41,187 nucleotides of DNA. It comes from a virus. Taxonomy: Duplodnaviria > Caudoviricetes. Positions 8,450 to 18,154 of the stretch are shown here, in pieces. Where the stretch lies: the IMG/VR virus record IMGVR_UViG_3300037722_000450, positions 1 through 41,187 of that record. The stretch is one strand, 5' to 3'. The notes below the pieces were generated by a model. That model ran no database searches. It was given only the letters and a program-made list of their open reading frames with translations, and was not told the DNA's origin. Numbering within the stretch: position 1 is the stretch's first letter; each line of letters starts with the position of its first letter. Position numbers and translations under genes: made by a program.

Positions 8450-10899
8450 TGGCAATTAATGGCTATTGGTCAATTGTTGTGCCGAGTGAGAACGTGAACT
8501 ATGTGAAGAATCCATCATTTGAAAATGACTTGACAGGGTGGGCCAGCGACGGGGCGGGGTCAGGCACGGCTACGCAGTCCGATGAATGGCAATACAGTGG
8601 CATCTATAGTCTGAAGTTGGTTAAGACAGTTTCAGCTGGCCAATGGGGGTATCAGTATAGCGTACCTGATTATGCTGATTTTGCCTCTTTAAGTGCCACA
8701 GTTTCAGTACGCTACAAGGTAGATAGTGGCACACTCAATATTGCAGTGGCCGGGACGGGTGTTTCGACAGTAACTGAAGCCGTGACAGGCGAGGGCGAAG
8801 CGGTCATTACTGTAGGGCCACTGTCGGCAGGCATTACCGCGCTGACCGTCACCGCCTATTTTGCCGATGCAACCACCGGAACCGCCTATATTGATGCTAT
8901 CCAAATCGAAAAAGACACGCGGCAAGCCACTTACTTTGACGGGGATAGCGACGGGGCGTACTGGCAAGGCATAATCCACAATTCCAAGTCTAACCAAACC
9001 ATTAAAGGCGCAGTCGGTGGCAAAATCTATAGCCTTGATGATTATCAGGTGGCTGTTGAGAGTAGTCCCGGCATGGGGATGCCACCTATTGAATTACAAA
9101 CCCAAAAGCAGGCGCTATTGCCCGGTTCGCTGTTGCGCGGCTATACGGTCAAAGAACGTTCAGTTACGCTCAATTGCATGATTATTGTGCAAGATAGTCA
9201 GTCTCGACAGACTACGCATTCCTTACGTCAGGACTTAATTGATTTAATCAAACCTGACCGGATAGGGGACTTTCGTCCGTTTTGGCTTCAATATGACGGC
9301 GCGAACTTGACGCAACCTATCTATTTGCCCGTGGTCTATGACTCAGGACTAGACTTTAATCCGCTTGACGGCTTTAGTGAAGAAATTAACTTACGCCTTG
9401 TATCGCCAAGTGCCTTGTGGCGCACCTTTAAACAAACTGCTTACGCTGTTACGGAGCGCTCCAATATCGCCTCAATGCGCGGTATTTTGGCGCGGGAGGA
9501 TGGCGTATGGCAGAATATCGGGGTTAATGCGAGTACCACAACTATTAGTGTAATCGGGCAAGGCCCCAACGGATTAATTTATTTCGGTGGCTTATTTGCC
9601 AACGCAGGCGGGGTCGGTGACACCCAGAATTTGGGCGTATGGAATCCTGAGACACAAAGTTTTAGTTCGATTGACTCGGCCAATGGTCAGGTGATTAGCA
9701 TTAATTTTGATAGTCAAGGCGACTTATACCTGACAGGCGCATTTACGAGTGTGAACAGTGTAGCTAACACATCCCGCATTGCAAAGTATGATACCAGCGC
9801 GGGAACGTGGTCATCTATTACCCCGTCAGGCGCGGCAGATAATAGTATTTTTAACAGCGCCTTCGATAGCGAGGGTAATCTGTACGTAGTGGGTAATTTC
9901 ACCACTATTAATGGCGTGGCCGCGACTCGTATTGCTAAAATGGACACGAGCGGCACATGGACTGCGCTTGGGACTGGATTAAACGGATTAGGTCGGGCGG
10001 TTGTGGTCGCACCCGACGATACGGTGTATGTCGGTGGTGATTTTACCACCGCCAATGGCGTAACGGTCAACATGATAGCGCGTTGGAATGGCACAACATT
10101 TGAAGCCCTCTCCGATGGCACAGTCGGCATCACCGGAAGTTATGTACAGGATTTGCTATTTCATAACGACGGACGCTTATTTATTACCGGTAATTTTACA
10201 GCCGCCGGGGGTGTGACCGCTTCACATATTGCTATCTGGAATGGCCTGCAATATGCCCAAGTTGGACTAGGATTTAATGCCGAGGGGGTTAACCTTCAAC
10301 AAGATAGTTTGGGGCAAGTGTGGGCAACGGGGAGTTTTGACACAACCGCCGGGGGAGAGGTTAGTCTCAAGAGTAAAACTGCAATCTGGAATGGTTCACT
10401 GTGGATACCAGTGGATTTATTTAGAGGCTCAAATAGTACCAATGGTTCATCATTGGCACTCGCTAGCAATGGTAATGTATATGTCGGCACAAAAAGCGCG
10501 GACGCGGCTTGGAATGTGTCGGCTATTACGACGTTAACCGTGCCCAGTACCACGCAAGTTTACCCCATCTTTACCATTGAACGCACCACCGATGCAGGCA
10601 CGGCCACGGTAGTTTGGCTTGAAAATCAAACCAATGGCAAGAAATTAGTCTTAGACTATGCCTTATTGCCCGGTGAAACGCTCACAATCGACTTGACTTT
10701 AGGCCAACGCAAGGTAGTTTCTAGTCTTAAAGGCCTGGTATGGAATGCCATATTGCCCACGAGTGACATCGGCACATTTGTATTGCAACCGGGTGAAAAT
10801 GAAATTGCGGCGCTTGTGCATGAAACGGGGAGTGCCAGCGTCTCAATTTATGCGGTTGTGCCAACGGTTCACTGGTCATTTGATGGAGTGGCAACGTGA
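8449..10899 (+). CDS. Distal tail (Dit)-like protein with N-terminal carbohydrate-binding-like module and inserted beta-propeller
   Basis: NYVKNPSFE..LTGW start; repeated LY.GG.FT..G...IA.W blades; C-terminal LQPGENEI; GTG start after GGGGAGG. Confidence 0.8.
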   Translation: MAINGYWSIVVPSENVNYVKNPSFENDLTGWASDGAGSGTATQSDEWQYSGIYSLKLVKTVSAGQWGYQYSVPDYADFASLSATVSVRYKVDSGTLNIAVAGTGVSTVTEAVTGEGEAVITVGPLSAGITALTVTAYFADATTGTAYIDAIQIEKDTRQATYFDGDSDGAYWQGIIHNSKSNQTIKGAVGGKIYSLDDYQVAVESSPGMGMPPIELQTQKQALLPGSLLRGYTVKERSVTLNCMIIVQDSQSRQTTHSLRQDLIDLIKPDRIGDFRPFWLQYDGANLTQPIYLPVVYDSGLDFNPLDGFSEEINLRLVSPSALWRTFKQTAYAVTERSNIASMRGILAREDGVWQNIGVNASTTTISVIGQGPNGLIYFGGLFANAGGVGDTQNLGVWNPETQSFSSIDSANGQVISINFDSQGDLYLTGAFTSVNSVANTSRIAKYDTSAGTWSSITPSGAADNSIFNSAFDSEGNLYVVGNFTTINGVAATRIAKMDTSGTWTALGTGLNGLGRAVVVAPDDTVYVGGDFTTANGVTVNMIARWNGTTFEALSDGTVGITGSYVQDLLFHNDGRLFITGNFTAAGGVTASHIAIWNGLQYAQVGLGFNAEGVNLQQDSLGQVWATGSFDTTAGGEVSLKSKTAIWNGSLWIPVDLFRGSNSTNGSSLALASNGNVYVGTKSADAAWNVSAITTLTVPSTTQVYPIFTIERTTDAGTATVVWLENQTNGKKLVLDYALLPGETLTIDLTLGQRKVVSSLKGLVWNAILPTSDIGTFVLQPGENEIAALVHETGSASVSIYAVVPTVHWSFDGVAT

Positions 10900-12035
10900 A
10901 TGTAAATATTTATCCTGAGGCAAGTTATGAGGTGTGGCTCTGTGATGGCGTGGGGCGACGCTTATATTTGCTCGATGGCTTTAGCGCTTTGTCATTTTCC
11001 AAAGCATTAGGGCAGGTGGGGCGCTTTGATATTGAGATGGCCTCAAGTGTTGTGCCTTTTGATTTTCTGCAATTTGATGCGAATATCCAGATATGGCGCA
11101 CGGCTTATCAAGGCGTGGCTAAATTGGTCTTTGCTGGCTTTTTGGAGTTAGTCGAATATGCAGAACGCAATAGCATGGATATGATTACCTTGTCAGGTGT
11201 GGATGGTCTAGCACTCTTAGATCATCGCGTGAATGCCTATAAGAGTGGCACGATTTATGCAGATAGATATGCTATCCCCGCTGACAATATGCAAAAAAAT
11301 ATTGTACGGCAAAATATGGCGGACGGCAGTGGGTCAGTCGGCACAGACCGCGATTTGACTGCTTATGATTTTAAGGTAGACATCAATCAAGCCTTGCTCA
11401 GTGATATGGATGCCAATATTTCTTTTGCCAATTTACTTAAAGTCATGAATATGATTACTGAGTTTGCCCTTGAAAATGGGGAGCCTTTATTTTTCGATAT
11501 AGAACCTATCGTTTATCATGACCATTTAGGCTGGTTTTTTGTGAATCGAGTTAATCAATTAGGCGCTGATAGAGGTATTAATTCTGCTATCCCCACTATC
11601 TTTTCCAAAGAATCAGGAAACTTAGAGCAACCCATCTTAACTTATAGTGCCGAAAATGAAGCCACTTTAATTTATATTGGTGGCCGGGGCGGTGGCGCTC
11701 ATCGGCGCACTCAAACGGTTATGGATAGCACCCGGCGCTATCGTACCCCGTGGAGTCGTAAAGAGGTGTTTATCAATTATCGTAATGAGAAGTTGAACAA
11801 TTCACTGGTCAATCGTGCCGCAAGTGAATTACAACAACGCATACCCAAAATCGCCTTCCGGGGTAATCTTAAAGACACGCCCCAGTCGCGCTATGGCATC
11901 GACTGGAATTACGGGGATAAGGTGGGGGTAGCCTATCAGGGCATTAGTTTTGATGCGTGGGTCAATGCGATTAGTTTTCAAGTCAATTCAAATGGACAGG
12001 AAACCATTAAGGCGAAAGTAGAGTTATTGACATGA
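10896..12035 (+). CDS. Minor tail/baseplate hub protein (ReqiPepy6 gp37-like)
   Basis: GRGGG..R, RKEVF and YGIDWNYGDKV motifs; follows Dit. Confidence 0.75.
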   Translation: MNVNIYPEASYEVWLCDGVGRRLYLLDGFSALSFSKALGQVGRFDIEMASSVVPFDFLQFDANIQIWRTAYQGVAKLVFAGFLELVEYAERNSMDMITLSGVDGLALLDHRVNAYKSGTIYADRYAIPADNMQKNIVRQNMADGSGSVGTDRDLTAYDFKVDINQALLSDMDANISFANLLKVMNMITEFALENGEPLFFDIEPIVYHDHLGWFFVNRVNQLGADRGINSAIPTIFSKESGNLEQPILTYSAENEATLIYIGGRGGGAHRRTQTVMDSTRRYRTPWSRKEVFINYRNEKLNNSLVNRAASELQQRIPKIAFRGNLKDTPQSRYGIDWNYGDKVGVAYQGISFDAWVNAISFQVNSNGQETIKAKVELLT

Positions 12036-12544
12036 ATAATAATATGTTTGGGTGGTTAATGCGTGAAAATAAAACGCTTGCGGAGCGAGTGGAATTACTC
12101 GACACCCATGACAGTTGGGCGCTCATTGCCAAAACGCATCGCATCACGTCAAGCTTCCAAATTCCGGGGACGGGCGCGGTCACGCCTGTGCAGTTTAATG
12201 ATGTGTCGATTGATTCGCTTGACCCTGAAGATACCTTTTTTCCCACGAATGATTATACAGTCCAGATTCCAATAGGTGGCATCTATAACTATAGTTTTCA
12301 TGGCTTTATGGTGGTTGGCAGTACCACGTTCATATTATTTCAAGTGAATGGCACAACTGAAGAAGTCTTTCCAATGGATGGCAATGGTATCTTGACCGCT
12401 AACGGAAGTTATGAAGCCGACGCGGGTGATACCTTTACGATTGCATTATCACAATCATCAGGCATAGCCTTTAACATGAGTGCCTCTAATTCATTTGGTA
12501 AGCCAGACAATGCCTTTACCGTCTGGAAACTAGAGGGTAATTGA
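12032..12544 (+). CDS. Minor tail protein, possible C1q/TNF-like receptor-binding domain
   Basis: Short coiled N-terminus then V.F......D......IPIGGIY.YSF and AGDT beta pattern. Confidence 0.55.
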   Translation: MNNNMFGWLMRENKTLAERVELLDTHDSWALIAKTHRITSSFQIPGTGAVTPVQFNDVSIDSLDPEDTFFPTNDYTVQIPIGGIYNYSFHGFMVVGSTTFILFQVNGTTEEVFPMDGNGILTANGSYEADAGDTFTIALSQSSGIAFNMSASNSFGKPDNAFTVWKLEGN

Positions 12545-12545
12545 T

Positions 12546-12935
12546 ATGATAATACGTCACTACGTGTTGAGATGGCTAGTCATTGGTTTAATGCTGATAG
12601 TCCTGAGTGGATGCACATGGTTTGAATCTCAGGTTATGACATGGCAACCCGTTACGCCGCGTCAGTCTGTGCAATTTGTGTTAGAAGATAATGCCGAAAT
12701 TGAGACGATACGCATTTGGGAAAAACCATTTAAGGGGTCGTTAACGGGAGTGCAACACCTTCAGATTGAAATAGATGGTCAGTTGGTCATACTCAATGGA
12801 CAAAGCGCATGGGTAGACAATCACCCCGCCACGCCGGGCCTTTATCTTGAGATTGCAGTTAATGGGCAACCTATCCATGAAATAGAGATTAGATCAGGGC
12901 ATGGGGTGGGGTTGGTTAGGCTAGAAGTTGAATAA
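12546..12935 (+). CDS. Predicted lipoprotein
   Basis: Basic n-region, hydrophobic h-region, lipobox LSGC. Confidence 0.7.
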   Translation: MIIRHYVLRWLVIGLMLIVLSGCTWFESQVMTWQPVTPRQSVQFVLEDNAEIETIRIWEKPFKGSLTGVQHLQIEIDGQLVILNGQSAWVDNHPATPGLYLEIAVNGQPIHEIEIRSGHGVGLVRLEVE

Positions 12936-12969
12936 CTATTGCGTGTTGATACAGCATCCTTTTAAAAAG

Positions 12970-12998
12970 TTGAATAGCAAACTTAAATGGCGTATAGT
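12970..12998 (+). promoter_or_regulatory. Sigma70-type promoter
   Basis: TTGAAT-17-TATAGT upstream of RBS AAGGA and 13028. Confidence 0.6.
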
Positions 12999-13027
12999 AG
13001 GGTGTATGACTAGATAAGGAAATCTAG

Positions 13028-13633
13028 ATGGATGAGGAAGTAACGGAAATTTTGTTAACCCCTGAATTTATGAGTGCAATGGGTGCTATATTGACATTAG
13101 TAGTAGGTTCATTTGCGACGGTTATCAATCGCCAGATGGCCACTATGAATAAGCGCATTGTAGTCTTAGAGAGTGATATAGAAGAAAGAGACGACGAATT
13201 GCGCGTTAAGTCTAAGGCGTTAATTGATAATCAGTCGTTACTTTACAATGTGCAACAGATGTACAATCAATCGTTGCAACAAATCACTGAACTCAATAAT
13301 TCAACCCGCATTAGTAATGCCGAAATTGCCAAGCTTCAAAAAGAACTGAAGGATGTCAACAATATTATTTTAGACCAACAGAACCAAATTAAAAGATATA
13401 TTGAAGAAATTACCCGCTTGCAACCTTTTGAACAACTCGCGCATGAAAAGAATGGTGAGGTGGCTAAACTGACTGAACGCCTGAATGAACTTGAGAGACG
13501 CTACAATATTGAAATTGCGAAACGAGAGGGTGCAATTGAAGCGCTTAAGGCGTTAGGTGAATTACATATTTTAGAGCAGGCCACTCGCGTGAATACGCCT
13601 GATGAAATAACCGAAACTACTGAGACCAAGTGA
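13028..13633 (+). CDS. Membrane-anchored coiled-coil protein (lysis-cassette position)
   Basis: One N-terminal TM helix then a long heptad region. Confidence 0.75.
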   Translation: MDEEVTEILLTPEFMSAMGAILTLVVGSFATVINRQMATMNKRIVVLESDIEERDDELRVKSKALIDNQSLLYNVQQMYNQSLQQITELNNSTRISNAEIAKLQKELKDVNNIILDQQNQIKRYIEEITRLQPFEQLAHEKNGEVAKLTERLNELERRYNIEIAKREGAIEALKALGELHILEQATRVNTPDEITETTETK

Positions 13634-13864
13634 TAACAGCCACGACCAGCGGCGGCGTTCTCCTAACCCCGCTGTTGCAACAGAAGAGGGATACTAACCC
13701 ATGCCGCTGGATTTTAATTCGCGTCGTAAGCCAACCGCTAGATTATCTCAGGCATATCTAGAATCCAAGGTGATAATCGACCTTTCATGGATTATATCAT
13801 CTTTGATAATTTGATACAATTGACTTATATTGATAATCACAATCAACTCAAGAAAGAGGATAAT

Positions 13865-14212
13865 ATGCGATTTGCAATTGAGAAGTTTGAACAAAGCGCC
13901 GTCTACCTTGCGCTTGCCGCAGTCTGGATGGTATCCGTATTTACCGACCAAGTCGCCGTCAACGAAAACGCCATTACGCAAATGGTAGTTATCATTATCG
14001 CCATTCTCGCAGGCAGTTCTAACATCACTGACCTGTTGCGTTGGTTAGCGGTTAACCGTGATTTTGGCGCGGATGTACTGGCAATCCTAAACGAAGTCGA
14101 GAATCAACTAGGCTATAATATCTCGGACGGCCTAAAGGATTTAATCGTTAACGTTGCTGATGATTATGACGCGCAATTGAGTAAGCCGCCTGATTTACCC
14201 ACCAAAGGCTAG
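13865..14212 (+). CDS. Holin-like membrane protein
   Basis: Two hydrophobic helices; RBS AAAGAGGA before ATG 13865. Confidence 0.55.
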   Translation: MRFAIEKFEQSAVYLALAAVWMVSVFTDQVAVNENAITQMVVIIIAILAGSSNITDLLRWLAVNRDFGADVLAILNEVENQLGYNISDGLKDLIVNVADDYDAQLSKPPDLPTKG

Positions 14213-14215
14213 ACA

Positions 14216-14710
14216 ATGGATATTAAACCCACTGGTAATTACGAGATAAATGTTCGTCGCACGCCTTCGTTAAGTGGCAATATTGAAGGCAAAGTGCAAC
14301 CTACGCAAACTATCACCGTGTATGAAGAAAAGACACGCGCTGATAACTATGATTGGTTGCAGATTGCCAGTGGGGATTTTACTGATTTGTGGGTAGCGTG
14401 GGGCAAGGTGGGGAGTAAACCTTTATGGGTGGATGTTAGCCCGGAGCCGATGCCACCCCCACCGGAGCCTGACCCTATTCCCGACCCGCCCCCGCCTATC
14501 CCAGATGGTTTCGTTGTGCTTGTGAACGAATGGACACAATTAGAAAGTGGTCAATTTGTCTGGGAAAGTGTGAAGCTAGTCAAGGTGGTTGGTCATGACA
14601 TTATTTTTGACCTGCTATTTATTGAAGATGACAATGAGATTGCTATTCTAGGTATTGCTAAAGGTGGCAAGCTCAATGAGATTAAGTTGAGCGCGTGGGT
14701 CATCGAATAA
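14216..14710 (+). CDS. SH3b-like domain protein with proline-rich linker
   Basis: INVRRTPSLSG...YDWLQI...WVA; PEPMPPPPEPDPIPDPPPP. Confidence 0.7.
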   Translation: MDIKPTGNYEINVRRTPSLSGNIEGKVQPTQTITVYEEKTRADNYDWLQIASGDFTDLWVAWGKVGSKPLWVDVSPEPMPPPPEPDPIPDPPPPIPDGFVVLVNEWTQLESGQFVWESVKLVKVVGHDIIFDLLFIEDDNEIAILGIAKGGKLNEIKLSAWVIE

Positions 14711-14715
14711 TCTAA

Positions 14716-14729
14716 TCCTGATGTCAGGA
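14716..14729. promoter_or_regulatory. 14-bp palindrome, copy 2
   Basis: TCCTGATGTCAGGA, intergenic. Confidence 0.65.
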
Positions 14730-14793
14730 AACGAACAAGATTAGAACATAAACCTACGCTTTACCCAATTTCCAAATTAGCCCACCCAAACAC

Positions 14794-14822
14794 TTGACAT
14801 ATGTAAGGTAATTTGATATACT
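14794..14822 (+). promoter_or_regulatory. Strong sigma70-type promoter at the start of the early region
   Basis: TTGACA-17-TATACT; RBS AGGAG before 14876. Confidence 0.85.
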
Positions 14823-14875
14823 GTGTATATAAGGTTAGGAATTGACCTGACCCCAACAACACAGGAGCTTTTAAA

Positions 14876-15568
14876 ATGTCAACAACAGCCACCTTCTTAG
14901 CTGATAACGAAATTGTAGTAGTCGAAAATCTCCCCTTCAAACTCGATGACCAAGGCACACTCTGGATTGCCTGCTCAAATATTGACGACTTCGTGATTGA
15001 CGAAATCGAAGTTAGTGACGATGGCAATGCTGAATATCAAATCGAAATCACCGACGCTCATTTAGCCAAAGCTCGCGAACTCATGACTTATGATTTAGTC
15101 GCAGAACTCGAAGATGCAACTAGCGATAACTCAAACAAGCCTTATGCTTGGATGGTTGATGGTTACGAAGATAGCCACCTTGCCAGCTTGACATCTGATG
15201 ATATTCTCAAGGCGCAAGTTGAAACCATTTTGGATTATGGCATCCAATTTGATTTTGAAACTGAAGATTTTGAAGAAATCTGGAAAATCTATCGTGATAC
15301 AACTGATTATAATGTTGCAAGCGTTGAGCTAACCGAACTGATTGATAACGCGAAATTGACGCAAGTCATGACCGCTAGCGAAGCCGCCGAAGAATTTGGC
15401 ATCAGCCGCCAAGCTGTTCACGATGCAATTAACGCAGGTCGCATCATCAGCCGCCAAAGTGGACAAACGCATTTAATCCTACGCACCCACGCCGAAAAAC
15501 TCTGGAAGAAGTTTCCAGTGGTGATGTTGGCACTCTGGATTAGCCTAGAAATTGTCAAGGTGATCTAG
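14876..15568 (+). CDS. Acidic protein with C-terminal excisionase/MerR-like (HTH_17) DNA-binding domain
   Basis: MTASEAAEEFGISRQAVHDAINAGRI. Confidence 0.8.
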   Translation: MSTTATFLADNEIVVVENLPFKLDDQGTLWIACSNIDDFVIDEIEVSDDGNAEYQIEITDAHLAKARELMTYDLVAELEDATSDNSNKPYAWMVDGYEDSHLASLTSDDILKAQVETILDYGIQFDFETEDFEEIWKIYRDTTDYNVASVELTELIDNAKLTQVMTASEAAEEFGISRQAVHDAINAGRIISRQSGQTHLILRTHAEKLWKKFPVVMLALWISLEIVKVI

Positions 15569-15597
15569 TTCCCCTAACCTTAAAATCTATCGTCCCC

Positions 15598-15642
15598 ACC
15601 CCGCCTTATGGTATAATACACCTAATGAGGCGGGGTTTTTTT
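15598..15642 (+). terminator. Intrinsic terminator with an extended -10 element in its loop
   Basis: ACCCCGCCTTAT/ATGAGGCGGGGT stem plus T run; TGGTATAAT at 15609-15617. Confidence 0.8.
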
Positions 15643-15733
15643 ATCCGAAATAACTTGGGGTTAGTTTGGAGTCTGGTAGATGTGACCCCGCCTTAACTTG
15701 CAAATCAAATCACATATAGCGAAAGGTCACAAG

Positions 15734-16507
15734 ATGACACAACAACAATCTAAGGCACAGCCACCCAATTTCGCCAAACTCACAGAACAACAAATCGCAG
15801 ATTTACCTCAACAGGATATGATAGCCTATATCCAGTGGCTACAGTCCGAAAAGTCCAAAGCAGAGCAACGCGCCAGTGAAGCGGAAAGTAGACCGCAACG
15901 CCGTAAAATCGACTGGTCACAATTTCCTGACCAATGGAAACTCATTGGTAATTTTGCGCTCTATTCCAATCCTAAACACTTTGAAGATGGCAAGAGTAAG
16001 AATGGTCAAGGCTTTGTCTTGCATCTGTATGATGCTTATCCTAGTCGCAATAAAATCTATTCTGATTTAAGCATTGGCGCTTACACGCGCAATGATGCCA
16101 ACCATCAACTGGCTTACCGCTTGCTCTCCGCAGGTGGCCTAAGTGCGACTGATTTAGGTAATATAGTCGAGAGTGGCTTACTTCAACCCTGCGAATCGAG
16201 TTGGAAAGCACCTATCCTAGATACCACGCAACCCGAACCGCCCTTAACTATTTTCCGCTTGCCTTTTCCCATCGCAGTCGATTGCAAACGTCGGACCAAA
16301 ACCAAAGAAAAGACTAATCCGCAAACAGGCGAAATGTACACTATTGACGTGTATCAATATAAAATCCTGTATTATGAGCAACAATTCGTTAAGTGCAGTT
16401 GGGAGCAATTGCCGATGCACAAAGGATTTTATGACAACCTCAATAATAAGCGCTTAGGCGACTGGTTGAAGAAACAGAATGAGAGCACAACAAACGATGC
16501 AGACTGA
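15734..16507 (+). CDS. Hypothetical protein
   Basis: Long ORF; RBS AAAGG; ATG 15734. Confidence 0.8.
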   Translation: MTQQQSKAQPPNFAKLTEQQIADLPQQDMIAYIQWLQSEKSKAEQRASEAESRPQRRKIDWSQFPDQWKLIGNFALYSNPKHFEDGKSKNGQGFVLHLYDAYPSRNKIYSDLSIGAYTRNDANHQLAYRLLSAGGLSATDLGNIVESGLLQPCESSWKAPILDTTQPEPPLTIFRLPFPIAVDCKRRTKTKEKTNPQTGEMYTIDVYQYKILYYEQQFVKCSWEQLPMHKGFYDNLNNKRLGDWLKKQNESTTNDAD

Positions 16508-17300
16508 ACAATTTGCCTCATTCTTGGAAAGTATCGACTTTTCACTGCTGGTATTTGGGCGCGGTTATGCCACCGTGCCCCAATTTAATGACGATGGCAA
16601 AATCTATATGGGGTTAAGCCAGCGGAAAGACGTGCCGTTTACGCCCGAATCTTGGAATGATCTAGGTCAAGAGTTAATGGCTATCATCGCTGGGAAGTCA
16701 TGGATATTTGGGGATTTATACCGCCTTGGGGAGCTAAATGGATTAGACCCTGAGCAGTTAGCTCCGATAGGTGCATGGAAAACAATTAGAAATTGGGCAA
16801 GTACCGCGTCATCATACCCCCTCATAGCACCGCCAGAAATGGCTCAATTTTCAACGATTAGCCAATATCTGGATAAAGTAGCCTGTAAGGGTGAAACAAG
16901 AGCAAATGGACAGCCTCTAGGCTTAATGAGGTTCGCTCAGTTGCCAGAAAGTCACCACACGGCTATGAATAAGCTTGGCAATGGCATGAGTGATTATCGG
17001 GCTATGCTAATCTTGCAGGCTATTCATGAGAACTGGACAGCTAAGGATTGTCGCAAACGAGCCAATGAAGTGATTAGCGAACTTGCCACTAAAGGCAATA
17101 CCGACGCGCAAAATCATTTTCAAGTTAAAAAGGTATTCCAAGGGTTTGATACTAGCGGTTTCGGCTTCCAGATAAAGCCCGGCATGACCAAACAGGAAGT
17201 CTATAAGGCAATCTTGCCACTGGTCAATAAGATTATGGCCTTGCCAGCTGATGCGAGTGAATGTTCAATTGAAGGCAAAATAAGTTGGATAAAGGGATAA
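16479..17300 (+). CDS. LmbU-like putative DNA-binding protein
   Basis: W.FGDLY..GE, KTIRNWAS, LPESHH, ENWT...CR resemble the LmbU-family pattern. Confidence 0.55.
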   Translation: MRAQQTMQTEQFASFLESIDFSLLVFGRGYATVPQFNDDGKIYMGLSQRKDVPFTPESWNDLGQELMAIIAGKSWIFGDLYRLGELNGLDPEQLAPIGAWKTIRNWASTASSYPLIAPPEMAQFSTISQYLDKVACKGETRANGQPLGLMRFAQLPESHHTAMNKLGNGMSDYRAMLILQAIHENWTAKDCRKRANEVISELATKGNTDAQNHFQVKKVFQGFDTSGFGFQIKPGMTKQEVYKAILPLVNKIMALPADASECSIEGKISWIKG

Positions 17301-17304
17301 ACTA

Positions 17305-17904
17305 ATGTTTATGATAATAGCTTTTGGATTAATCGTAGCGGGCGCTACACTTGCAATCCTGCACATAGAAGGCGTTAAGCCTGTCGTTATGGCATTCTAC
17401 GCGATACGTAATGGCAGGGGTAGACTGAGACTTGCTAAACAAGCATTGCTAGCTCATAAATATTTACGCGCAATTGGCACACGTCCCGATGATTATGATG
17501 GTAAGCCTATCCCATTCGGTGATGGTTATTGCGTAGAGTTTAGTTATGCGCATTGGTTTCTGCTAGGTGATAATATCATCTTAAAAATAGATGGTGAGAA
17601 GATTGGGAATATCAAGTTAGCGCGGCAAATTTACTTGGAAGAACATAAGTACTTTAAGCCAGTTGAGAACATCCATGCAGATACTCCCGAAAATCTGACA
17701 ATCTTACTAGACCAATTCGAGAATCTAGTTGCACTTGCCATGCTACACTTTTATGAAAAAAAGCAACTCGAATTAGAGCAACAACAACAAATCAATAATC
17801 ATTTGCAACTTGCATCTAAACGTTTATCTGTCAAAAAATATTCCACTTATGAGATTGATGATGATGGGATGGTTACAGGAAAAGTAAGGCGGATAAAGGG
17901 GTAG
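17305..17904 (+). CDS. Hypothetical membrane-anchored protein
   Basis: N-terminal hydrophobic helix. Confidence 0.75.
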   Translation: MFMIIAFGLIVAGATLAILHIEGVKPVVMAFYAIRNGRGRLRLAKQALLAHKYLRAIGTRPDDYDGKPIPFGDGYCVEFSYAHWFLLGDNIILKIDGEKIGNIKLARQIYLEEHKYFKPVENIHADTPENLTILLDQFENLVALAMLHFYEKKQLELEQQQQINNHLQLASKRLSVKKYSTYEIDDDGMVTGKVRRIKG

Positions 17905-17907
17905 GCT

Positions 17908-18069
17908 ATGCGAAAAGAACCTTTTAAGCTTGGCTTTTGTTTCGCATCCGTGCTATGGCTGTTGTGTATGTTTGCTATCGCGTGGGTTTTTGAAAGTGGT
18001 AATCAGATTGATAAAGCGACAACTGAAGATGTTAACCAAAATCATAGCTTGCGCGATAGTCCAAAGTAG
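17908..18069 (+). CDS. Small membrane protein, 53 aa (below ORF-track cutoff)
   Basis: MRKEPFKLGFCFASVLWLLCMFAIAWVFESG...SPK*; RBS AAGGGG. Confidence 0.6.
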   Translation: MRKEPFKLGFCFASVLWLLCMFAIAWVFESGNQIDKATTEDVNQNHSLRDSPK

Positions 18070-18076
18070 GTATAAT
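18049..18076 (+). promoter_or_regulatory. Promoter driving a putative sRNA
   Basis: TTGCGC-16-TATAAT. Confidence 0.7.
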
Positions 18077-18082
18077 TAAAGG

Positions 18083-18146
18083 TAGGCAATAACCTCCTTC
18101 CTTTGCCCATATTTCGATGATAGACCGCCCGCCAGCGGTCTTTTTT
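18083..18146 (+). ncRNA. Putative ~65-nt sRNA with anti-SD loop
   Basis: Own promoter; hairpin GGCAA-TAACCTCCTTCCT-TTGCC; terminator; no ORF. Confidence 0.6.
18122..18146 (+). terminator. Intrinsic terminator
   Basis: AGACCGC-6-GCGGTCT plus T run. Confidence 0.85.
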
Positions 18147-18154
18147 ATTTCAAC

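Noticed and set aside
14733-14747. GAAC-N7-GAAC resembling an alphaproteobacterial LexA box
   Set aside because: Single short match, upstream of rather than overlapping the promoter, and nothing else points to such a host.
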